Below, in pieces: positions 9,034 to 16,266 of a stretch of DNA of 16,562 nucleotides. This stretch comes from Candidatus Binatia bacterium (GTDB lineage: Bacteria; Desulfobacterota; Binatia; HRBIN30), in NCBI GenBank assembly GCA_038245295.1, contig JBBRSP010000055.1, positions 1 through 16,562 of the forward strand, read 5' to 3'. Position 1 is the first letter of the stretch, and each line of letters opens with the position of its first letter. The translations under genes and the position numbers were made by a program. The notes beneath the pieces are model-generated. The model had not been told where the DNA came from and searched no databases. It saw only the letters and a program-made list of their open reading frames with translations.

Positions 9034-9178
9034 CACTCCCTCTCCCAGCTCAGACGGAGTTGCGACAGCTGGGAGAGGGCCGGGGTGAGGGTTCAGAGGC
9101 GAATCCGGACGCATGGCGGGCCCTCACCCCGACCCTCTCCCACCTCCCAAGGTTGCGTTCGAAGTGGGAGAGGGAGTG
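9034..9178. repeat. BoxC-like cruciform repeat (inverted doublet), copy 2
   Basis: 14-bp terminal inverted repeat CACTCCCTCTCCCA/TGGGAGAGGGAGTG. Internal GGGGTGAGGG/CCCTCACCCC. CGGGCCCTCACCCCGACCCTCTCCCAC is identical to 1177-1203. Confidence 0.9.
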
Positions 9179-9248
9179 CTTGCCTTTCGTCTCCCGTGGG
9201 CGACCACAGGTGCAACTTCTGCGCGCCACACGAAGACTTTCGGCGATA

Positions 9249-9282
9249 AAGCCTGCGCCTACCGGTTTCCAATTCGCCAGCC
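9249..9282 (-). repeat. Right half of the interrupted GTAG-type REP
   Basis: AAGCCTGCGCCTACCGGTT (9249-9267) is identical to 8872-8890, and similarity continues (CCAATTCGCCAGCC vs CCAGTTCGCCGGCC). Confidence 0.85.
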
Positions 9283-9338
9283 GCGCGGCGGCGCGGTGAC
9301 TTGACTCCACCCGGCCTTCGTTGTGAAGAGCCGAGAGT

Positions 9339-10196
9339 ATGAACATCACCCTTCGACCCGGCTGCCCGGAGGATGCGCAAGCCTGTGGGCAGATCTGTTT
9401 CGACGCCTTCTACGCCATCAACACAGCGCATGGTTTTCCGCCCGACTTTCCCTCGGCCGAGATTGCCATGGGCGTGTTGTCGATGCTGCTCGGACACCCG
9501 GGCCATCATGTTGTGGTGGCCGAGCGGGACGGGGTGATCATCGGCAGCAACGTGGTCGACGTGCGCGGACCGATTGCCGGTGTCGGGCCGATCACCGTCG
9601 ACCCGAAAATTCAGAACAGCGGTGTCGGAGGCCGGCTGATGCAGCATGTCATCGAGCATGCCCAGCAACGCGGCTGTGTCGGCGTGCGGCTGGTCCAGGC
9701 TGCCTTCCACAACCGCTCTCTGTCGCTGTACACCAAGATTGGCTTCGACCCGCGCGAGCCGTTGTCGTGCATTCAGGGCGCGCCGCTCGGTCTCACCATC
9801 CCGGGCTACGCGGTGCGTCGCGCGCTGCCGTCTGACGCCGCTGCGTGTAACCAGTTGTCGACGCGCATCCATGGACACACTCGCGCCGGCGAGCTCGACG
9901 AGGCGATCGCGCCGGGGATGGCAGCGGTGGTCGAACACGACGGTCGCATCACCGGATACTGCACTGGCATCGCCTTCTTCTCGCACGCCGTCGGCGAGAC
10001 CAATACCGACCTCAAGGCACTCATCGGCGCCGCGCCAGGGTTCGGCGGACCCGGCTTTCTGCTGCCGACCCGTAATGCGGAGCTGTTGCGCTGGTGCCTC
10101 CTGCGCGGCTTGCGTGTCCTCTACCCGCTGACGTTGATGAGCAGCGGTCTTTATAACGAGCCGCGCGGCGCGTTCCTGCCGTCAATCTCGTACTGA
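9339..10196 (+). CDS. GNAT family N-acetyltransferase (two-domain)
   Basis: Motif A GPITVDPKIQNSGVGGRLM, N..SLSLYTKIGF motif B, second degenerate GNAT-like half (VVEHDGRITGY). Confidence 0.9.
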   Translation: MNITLRPGCPEDAQACGQICFDAFYAINTAHGFPPDFPSAEIAMGVLSMLLGHPGHHVVVAERDGVIIGSNVVDVRGPIAGVGPITVDPKIQNSGVGGRLMQHVIEHAQQRGCVGVRLVQAAFHNRSLSLYTKIGFDPREPLSCIQGAPLGLTIPGYAVRRALPSDAAACNQLSTRIHGHTRAGELDEAIAPGMAAVVEHDGRITGYCTGIAFFSHAVGETNTDLKALIGAAPGFGGPGFLLPTRNAELLRWCLLRGLRVLYPLTLMSSGLYNEPRGAFLPSISY

Positions 10197-10252
10197 AATG
10201 GTCTGAAGACGAGTGTGCGGGGGATAACTCTGTGTAACTCGACGCGAACAGC

Positions 10253-10422
10253 CCGTCATACCGTCGAAAGAGACTATCGAGTTTCTCTGATTCCCTCTCA
10301 TACCGGCGAAAGCCGGTATCTCGCCAGCACTCGAGGCTTCCAGCAGGGGGAGATCCCGGTTTTCACCGGGATGACGTTGCTCCACTTTGGTTTTACGACA
10401 GGCTCTTTCACCGGGATGACGG
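10253..10422. repeat. Nested inverted pairs of CGTC-type REP palindromes
   Basis: Inner pair TCATACCGGCGAAAGCCGGTATCTC (10298-10322) and GAGATCCCGGTTTTCACCGGGATGACG (10350-10376). Outer pair 10253-10272 and 10403-10422 (17/20 reverse-complement match). Confidence 0.88.
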
Positions 10423-10649
10423 AGATAGGGCTGGTTGGTGGATATCGGAGCTGACCACCGTGTTCGCGTTGGACGGGCAACGCCAACCCTACGCGTTACG
10501 AGCTGCAAGCCATTTCATTGGCGTCGGAATCCTAGATTCGCTGCCCTGCCTACATTTTGACGAGCACTCGTGCAGCGAATCTGTGCAGAGCGAGACCTTT
10601 CGAGGGTTCTGATGGGGTTGCGCTGGTCCGGAGTCGAATCTCGCCAACA

Positions 10650-10665
10650 TGGCAGGGATTATGCT
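10650..10665 (+). promoter_or_regulatory. Possible sigma-54 -24/-12 promoter
   Basis: TGGCAGGGATTATGCT has GG-N10-GC spacing and resembles TGGCACG-N4-TTGCW, just upstream of ATG 10682. Pattern match only. Confidence 0.3.
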
Positions 10666-10681
10666 CTCTTTCACCGTTGGG

Positions 10682-11521
10682 ATGGCTGCCGAAACTTCAC
10701 CACGGATCGAACGACACGTCGCACGTGGGCACCAGTACTTTCTGGTGACCTGGACCGAGCACGGGTTCGAGCATTCGCAGAGCTTTCCCGAGGAACAGCA
10801 GGCGGCGGAGTTTGTTCAACAGCTCGGGCCGGCGGCGCCTGGACCGGCTGCGGCGAATGGTGCGGCGGAAGATGAGGGTGTCACTGATGTGCAGCTCAAC
10901 GAACAATCATTCCGGGCCAATAAGTCGTATGTGGTGACGTGGACCCAGTTCGGTGTGAACCAACGCCAACAGTTCCTCGATTTGGCCGGCGCGCAAGCTC
11001 ATATGAAGCAGCTGACGTCGACCTTCCGCTCTGCCCCGATGAATGGAACGAACGGGACGCATGTCGTCAACGGCACAAATGGCGCTAAGAATGGGAATGG
11101 TGTGACCCCTGGGATTGTCCACCCGCCGTCTATCGTGATGGCACCGCCGCCACCGGTGATCCAGGTTCCGCCGCGCCGTATCCTGTTGGTCTGTCCCGAT
11201 CCGCCGACACGCTATCAGTTGCTGGGTTTCCTGATCGAGAATCACCATCTGGTCGAGACCGAAAACGACGAGTCACAAGCTGTCGCCGCGCTTGATCGCA
11301 TCCACCCGGATGTTGTTCTCTTGTCCCTGCACAATCCGCACGTTCCGGGTCTGCAGGTTTGCCGACAGATCAAACGGGCGCCGACGGGACGCAGTACATC
11401 CGTCATCCTGGTCTGTCCGAGCATCGATGAATCGGACCAGGCCTGGGGATTGAAACAAGGCGCCACGGGTTTTTTGACCCAGCCGTTTACCCCCGAACGC
11501 ATCAACGAAACGCTGCAGTAG
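10682..11521 (+). CDS. Atypical (pseudo-)response regulator: two tandem ~40-aa N-terminal modules, low-complexity linker, PilH/CheY-like receiver lacking catalytic residues
   Basis: Receiver fold from ~11174 (RILLV..PDVVLL..PGLQVCRQIK..VILV..DQAWGLKQGATGFLTQPF). Start uncertain (10649, 10661 or 10682). Confidence 0.8.
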   Translation: MAAETSPRIERHVARGHQYFLVTWTEHGFEHSQSFPEEQQAAEFVQQLGPAAPGPAAANGAAEDEGVTDVQLNEQSFRANKSYVVTWTQFGVNQRQQFLDLAGAQAHMKQLTSTFRSAPMNGTNGTHVVNGTNGAKNGNGVTPGIVHPPSIVMAPPPPVIQVPPRRILLVCPDPPTRYQLLGFLIENHHLVETENDESQAVAALDRIHPDVVLLSLHNPHVPGLQVCRQIKRAPTGRSTSVILVCPSIDESDQAWGLKQGATGFLTQPFTPERINETLQ

Positions 11522-11539
11522 AACCGCCGCGGCGCAGGC

Positions 11540-11839
11540 TCAGGTCTTGCGCGGCATCCAGGCTGGATACGGCCGCGCATGCAGATGATAGTGGTCGGGA
11601 ATCTGCCGCATGTGGTCGTCGAAGAACCAGCCCTGCGGATACTTCCCATCGGCGATCCGCGTTAAAGCCTCCTGCATGACGAGACGTTCCTCCGGCGACG
11701 GCGCGGCACGATGCTCACCGAGCACCGCCATCGGTACGTCGCATGAATCGCAATCGAGGATCGCGAATCGAAACGGTTCGTCGAACTCGGCATACCACGG
11801 TGTCGTACGCGCCAACTCGCACAGTTCGCACTTGGCCAT
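11540..11839 (-). CDS. Small HIT-motif protein with two CxxC motifs
   Basis: CELC at the N-terminus, CDSC, and C-terminal QIPDHYHLHAR = H-x-H-x-H triad in HIT context. Fills the gap between neighbouring genes exactly. Confidence 0.75.
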   Translation of the reverse strand: MAKCELCELARTTPWYAEFDEPFRFAILDCDSCDVPMAVLGEHRAAPSPEERLVMQEALTRIADGKYPQGWFFDDHMRQIPDHYHLHARPYPAWMPRKT

Positions 11840-11877
11840 CTGGTTCGGCTAGCATTTGTCGCTAAGTGAGACGAGAT

Positions 11878-12228
11878 ATGGACGAACGCTTCCGCCGTGG
11901 CACCGAAGAATTCAACACCGGGCAATTCTATGAGGCGCACGAGAGCTGGGAAGAGATGTGGCTGGAGGCGGACGGCAACGAGAAACTTTTCCTGCAGGGG
12001 CTGATTCAGATCGCTGCCGGCTATGTGAAAACGGATATGGGCGGTCGCAGTGGCGCTCTCAAGTTGTTCGAGCGCGGGGCCGTCAAGGTGGAGCAATTTG
12101 GGCCCGCGGAGTATGCGGCGACGACGAGGGCACTCCTTGCCGCGGTATCCGCCGACGTACAACGTCTGCAGAGTGCCGCAGACCCAATCAGTCTTGCCGA
12201 TGTCCGCCCACCCCGTCTCGAGTGGTGA
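11878..12228 (+). CDS. DUF309 domain protein
   Basis: FNTGQFYEAHESWEEMW...FLQGLIQIAAG signature. ATG 11878 preferred over GTG 11866. Confidence 0.9.
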   Translation: MDERFRRGTEEFNTGQFYEAHESWEEMWLEADGNEKLFLQGLIQIAAGYVKTDMGGRSGALKLFERGAVKVEQFGPAEYAATTRALLAAVSADVQRLQSAADPISLADVRPPRLEW

Positions 12229-12250
12229 TCGGACTACGCCACCGCAGCCT

Positions 12251-13411
12251 TCAACGGCGGTCGAAGACGACCTCACCGCCGACCAATGTGACGAGCGGTT
12301 TCAACTCGGCGTCGAGCACGGCGAGATCCGCAATCATCCCTGGAGCGATCACGCCACGGTCGCCGATTCCGAGCATCGCCAGCGGTGCCAAAGAGGCGGC
12401 GCGCATGATGCGTTCGAGAGGAAGCCGAGGCAGCCAACGGTGCACGTTCCGCACCGCTTGATCCAAGCTGAGACAGCTGCCGGCGAGCTGGCTGCCATCG
12501 CGTAGGCGCACGGAGCCGGCTGCGATGACGCAGCGCACGCCGAACATTTCATAGTCCCCGTCCGGCATTCCTAACGCGCCGACCGCGTCGCTGACGAACA
12601 CGACCTTGCCGTCGGGCTTGCATCGCAGGGCGACGTCAATCGTACGCGGCGCCAGATGGTGACCATCACAGATCAGCTCTACCGAGAGACGATCATCGGT
12701 GAGAGCAACGCCCAGAATGCCCGGCTCGCGATGGTGCAGCTCACGCATCGCATTGAACAGGTGGGTGACGTGACAGCCACCGGCTTCGACACCGAGATGC
12801 ATTTCCGCTTCGGTGGCATTCGAATGACCGAGGGCACTGCGGATGCCGTGAGACTTTGCGGCGCCGATGAATTCAACCGCTCCCTCGAGCTCCGGTGCCA
12901 GTGTGATCAGGCGGATGCGTCCGCCACTCAACTCCTGCAACTCCAATACTTCACCGATCGATGGCGCGCGCATGGCCGGGATCGATTGCGCGCCGGCACG
13001 TCGCGGGTTGAGGTAGGGGCCTTCGAGATGGATTCCAAGAATGCGGGCGCCGCGTTCTTGCCCGGCTGCCTCAGACACGGCAACGACCGCGCGCCGCAGA
13101 GAGGCAACATCGAGTGCGGCAATGGTGGCCAGGAACCCGGTGACGCCGAAGCGCGCCAACGTCTCGGAGATCCGCAACACCGATGTGGCGTGACCGTCTT
13201 CGCACATGACGCCGTCGGCACCGTGGATGTGAACGTCGACAAAGCCCGGCACGATCACACACCCGGTCGCGTCGAGACTTGCGGCGCTCGACGCCGGTTG
13301 CGTGTCGACAGCGACGATCCTGCCTGCCTCGATCAGCACCGTGGCGCCATCGAGCCACCCGGTAGCCGTTAGAACGCGAGCGTTGGCGATCATCTCTGGC
13401 GCGTTTCGCAT
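12251..13411 (-). CDS. nagA: N-acetylglucosamine-6-phosphate deacetylase
   Basis: PGFVDVHIHG, GIHLEGPY, TLAPE, GHSNAT, THLFNAM, ICDGHH, VSDA, LAGS motifs. Confidence 0.96.
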   Translation of the reverse strand: MRNAPEMIANARVLTATGWLDGATVLIEAGRIVAVDTQPASSAASLDATGCVIVPGFVDVHIHGADGVMCEDGHATSVLRISETLARFGVTGFLATIAALDVASLRRAVVAVSEAAGQERGARILGIHLEGPYLNPRRAGAQSIPAMRAPSIGEVLELQELSGGRIRLITLAPELEGAVEFIGAAKSHGIRSALGHSNATEAEMHLGVEAGGCHVTHLFNAMRELHHREPGILGVALTDDRLSVELICDGHHLAPRTIDVALRCKPDGKVVFVSDAVGALGMPDGDYEMFGVRCVIAAGSVRLRDGSQLAGSCLSLDQAVRNVHRWLPRLPLERIMRAASLAPLAMLGIGDRGVIAPGMIADLAVLDAELKPLVTLVGGEVVFDRR

Positions 13412-13500
13412 GCTGCGTGCTTACGGAAGCGTCCCGAGCCGAGCAAGCAACGGCTCACTTTTTACGCGGCGAATTTCTGCAGCGCCCACGCAGAAATGGA

Positions 13501-13532
13501 TTGACAGACCATTCTAGTGGGACTATTTCCCA
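13501..13532 (+). promoter_or_regulatory. Sigma-70-like promoter with overlapping palindromic operator-like site
   Basis: Perfect TTGACA (13501-13506), 17-bp spacer, weak -10 TATTTC (13524-13529) inside TGGGA-CTATT-TCCCA (13518-13532). Locally AT-rich. RBS GGGGAG precedes ATG 13597. Confidence 0.55.
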
Positions 13533-13596
13533 TTTCTATCGAAACAACACAGAGACGACGTCGTGCTGACTCGTCTCGCAGAAGGGGAGTAACGCA

Positions 13597-14313
13597 ATGA
13601 AGCAAAGCTTGAAGAGGGTTCTATTGACCGGGCTGTTGGCGTTGTCGTTGGCCGGGGTCGGGTCGGCACACCCAGGCGACGGCCAAGGTGGTCCCGGACC
13701 TCGTCCGACCCCGCCGGCGCCGCGCGATCGCGACTGCACACACGCCTGTCGCGAGACCTATCGCCAGTGTGTCGATACCGGCCGTCAGGCCTTTGGTGTC
13801 TGCGCCGATGCCACGTGTGGTACCGAACGCGCCGCCGTTGTCGCCGCCTGTGGCGACGGCACCAGCGAAAATCTGGATATGCAGGTGAGCGATGCGTGTC
13901 AGCAAGCTCGCGCCGCCGCGCGTGTCTGCCTGCAGCCTTGCTTCACCGACTTCCGCAGCGCACTCGACACGTGTCGCAGCGACGGCAAAACCTGTGGTGA
14001 CGCCTGCCCTGTCGCCTCGCCTCGCCCAACCCCGGCACCCAAGGATCCGGTCTGCGTCACCGCCTGCCGCCAAGGTCTGAATACGTGCTTCAGTGACGCA
14101 CGTTCGGCGCAGATTGCCTGCAGCGCTCAGTGCTCCGACCAAGTCCAGGCGGCTCGCACCGCTTGTATGGCTGGCCGCTCTCAGGCCTGCGCCACAGCCC
14201 GCAAGGCGGCCGGCGACTGTCTCGAGCCCTGCGGCAAGGCATTGTTCGATGCGTCCCGTGCTTGCCTCGATACCGCACACACCTGCGCCGATGCTTGCAC
14301 CGTGACACCATAA
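13597..14313 (+). CDS. Secreted cysteine-rich protein with two tandem 12-Cys helical domains (unknown function)
   Basis: Signal peptide MKQSLKRVLLTGLLALSLAGVGSA-H, strong RBS, 24 Cys in two homologous repeats, each preceded by a PRPTP(P)AP linker. Confidence 0.88.
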   Translation: MKQSLKRVLLTGLLALSLAGVGSAHPGDGQGGPGPRPTPPAPRDRDCTHACRETYRQCVDTGRQAFGVCADATCGTERAAVVAACGDGTSENLDMQVSDACQQARAAARVCLQPCFTDFRSALDTCRSDGKTCGDACPVASPRPTPAPKDPVCVTACRQGLNTCFSDARSAQIACSAQCSDQVQAARTACMAGRSQACATARKAAGDCLEPCGKALFDASRACLDTAHTCADACTVTP

Positions 14314-14373
14314 GTTGTTGAGGATCGGCCGTTGCCCCCGACGGTCGTAACGCAGCTCCGCGAGAGTCTGCGT

Positions 14374-14435
14374 GCCCCTGCCAAGCCTCGAAACAATCCA
14401 AAGGCCCCCCCTAGGATCTCGAGGCTTGGCGGGGC
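14374..14435. other. Strong intergenic stem-loop (mRNA stabiliser, processing site or atypical terminator)
   Basis: GCCAAGCCTCGA (14380-14391)/TCGAGGCTTGGC (14419-14430), perfect 12-bp stem, extendable with GCCCC/GGGGC. No U-tract. Confidence 0.6.
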
Positions 14436-14467
14436 TCTCCCGTTGTGCGTATCAACGAAGCCGACCC

Positions 14468-15364
14468 ATGTTACCCCGCGCACTTAAATCCCACTTCGCT
14501 GGCGCCATCAAACGCCTGCTGCGACCGATCGTACGACAAGTGATTGCCTACGGATTGCATTACCAGGGCTTCGATCGCCTGGTGCGCGAAGTGTTTTTGG
14601 ACGTCGCGGAAACCGATTTTGCCCTACCCTTCAAGCGGCAAACCGATAGCCGACTCGCCCTGATCACCGGGCTCAATCGAAAAGAGATCAGCTCGCTACG
14701 CCAGCGCGCCAGCAGCGATGCGCCACCCCGCGAAATTGCCGAGTCGCCGATGACTCGCTTGCTCGGCCGCTGGATGGCGGGTCCGCCGTATGCCAGCCCC
14801 GACGGCGCGGCGCGGCGCTTGCCCTACGAATCCGACAATCCGAACGCCGCGTCATTCGCTCGTTTGGCGCGTGAAGTCGTCGGCGTCGATCTGCCGGTGC
14901 GCTCGCTCCTCGACGAGTTGCTGCACACACGTACGGCCGAGATGTTGCCGAATGGTGACGTGGTGCTGCGCCAGGAAGCCCATTTGCCCGCCGCGGATAC
15001 GGAAGCCAAACTCGCCCTTCTCGGCTCCGATCCGGGCGAAGTCTTCAGCACCATCGTGCACAACATCGAGAATCCCAACGCGGCCCGCCTGCAACGCAAG
15101 GTCGTCTACGACAACATTGGTGCCGATGCCCTGCCGACACTGACCGACGAAGCGCGACGCCTCGGCGAGGAGTTTGTCCGCAAAGCCAACGCCCTCCTCT
15201 CGTCGTACGATCGCGATCGCCACCCTAACGCCCCGGGCGGAGCTCGCACGCGCGTTGTCTTGGCGACGTACCACTTCGAAGAACCTGTCGCGGCAGCGGC
15301 CGACGACAACAAGGCAAAGACAAAGACAGCAAAGCGCAAACCTGCGCCGCGGAGACAATCATGA
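14468..15364 (+). CDS. DUF6502 family protein (putative HTH regulator)
   Basis: LLRPIVR..G..Y..F....REVFLDVA...F....QTDSRLALITGLNRKEI, W...PPY, SF..L, D.P.RSLLDEL, TIVHNI, LQRKVVYDN are characteristic of the family. ATG 14468 preferred over GTG 14372. Confidence 0.88.
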   Translation: MLPRALKSHFAGAIKRLLRPIVRQVIAYGLHYQGFDRLVREVFLDVAETDFALPFKRQTDSRLALITGLNRKEISSLRQRASSDAPPREIAESPMTRLLGRWMAGPPYASPDGAARRLPYESDNPNAASFARLAREVVGVDLPVRSLLDELLHTRTAEMLPNGDVVLRQEAHLPAADTEAKLALLGSDPGEVFSTIVHNIENPNAARLQRKVVYDNIGADALPTLTDEARRLGEEFVRKANALLSSYDRDRHPNAPGGARTRVVLATYHFEEPVAAAADDNKAKTKTAKRKPAPRRQS

Positions 15365-16266
15365 GTCGTCTCAGCCGTTGCTTTTTGCTGGCACTCGTCG
15401 TCGTGGCCTCATGGGGTTGCGGCGATGGTGGTCCTGTCGGCAGCGGCATTAGCGCTGTCTCCGGGATCAGTGGCAACATCGCCGAGGTCGATAACAGCAG
15501 TGGCCAGGTGCAAACCGGTGCCGGTGTGACCGTGACGGTCGTAGGCATCGAAGGAGCGCACACCGTCAGCGACAGCGATGGAAGCTTCGAGATCCGCGGA
15601 CAGTTTTCCGGCCCCGTCACGCTGCGCTTCGCCACCACGGATGTCTCGGCGACGCGTGACCTCGATGTCCCCGCCGGCTCGAGCGTTGTGCTGGAAGATC
15701 TGAAGATCAATGCCCAGGGCGTAAGCGAAGGAGCGCGGCGTATCCTTGGATTCGTTGGTCAGGTGGCGATGGTGGATTGCGCCGACGCGACCCTGCTGGT
15801 GAATGATCAACGTCCGCCGGCCCACCAATTCCTGGTGCGCTTGTCGGCGAGCTCCGTGCTGATGCGCGCCAACGGCGAGACGATCCGCTGCGCCAACATC
15901 AATTCCGGAAACCAGATTGCCGTCGAAGGTTTGATTCGTCTCGATCGCACCATCGACGCGCTTGCCGTGATCCTGGGCCCGCCGCGTCCGGGCACTCCCG
16001 CTCCTATCCAGGAAGTGCGCTTGCACGGCGCGCTCGTGTCGGTGAATTGTCCGAGCGGCATGCTGCTCATCGATGACGGTTCCAGTCGCACACGCCTGCG
16101 GTTGGTTCCGATGACTGTCCTTGTCGACGAGGTCGGACAGCCGATCGGCTGCGATGGTCTCATGCGCAATGATTCGATCGACGGCAGCGGTCTCATCAAC
16201 ACGCGCCGCCCCGGTGTCATCGAAGCCAAGAGACTGCGACGTCAATCGACCGCCATACAACCCTGA
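15361..16266 (+). CDS. Lipoprotein with carboxypeptidase-regulatory-like beta sandwich and two DUF5666-like OB-fold repeats
   Basis: Lipobox SWG-C then Gly/Ser linker GGPVGSGIS. TVSDSDGSFEI motif. Two repeats G.V..VDC/G.L..VNC....L...T...I.C..I..G..I.VEG. ATGA overlap with the DUF6502 stop. Confidence 0.8.
   Translation: MSRLSRCFLLALVVVASWGCGDGGPVGSGISAVSGISGNIAEVDNSSGQVQTGAGVTVTVVGIEGAHTVSDSDGSFEIRGQFSGPVTLRFATTDVSATRDLDVPAGSSVVLEDLKINAQGVSEGARRILGFVGQVAMVDCADATLLVNDQRPPAHQFLVRLSASSVLMRANGETIRCANINSGNQIAVEGLIRLDRTIDALAVILGPPRPGTPAPIQEVRLHGALVSVNCPSGMLLIDDGSSRTRLRLVPMTVLVDEVGQPIGCDGLMRNDSIDGSGLINTRRPGVIEAKRLRRQSTAIQP

Noticed and set aside
8934..9299. 121-aa ORF within the REP insertion as a transposase or nuclease
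   Set aside because: No DDE, HUH or nuclease motif; mostly translated repeat.
10253..10422. Repeat clusters as a CRISPR array
   Set aside because: Repeats are inverted, irregularly spaced and non-identical; no cas genes.
13597..14313. Cys-rich protein as multiheme cytochrome or RiPP precursor
   Set aside because: No CxxCH motifs; Sec-type signal peptide and no modification enzymes nearby.
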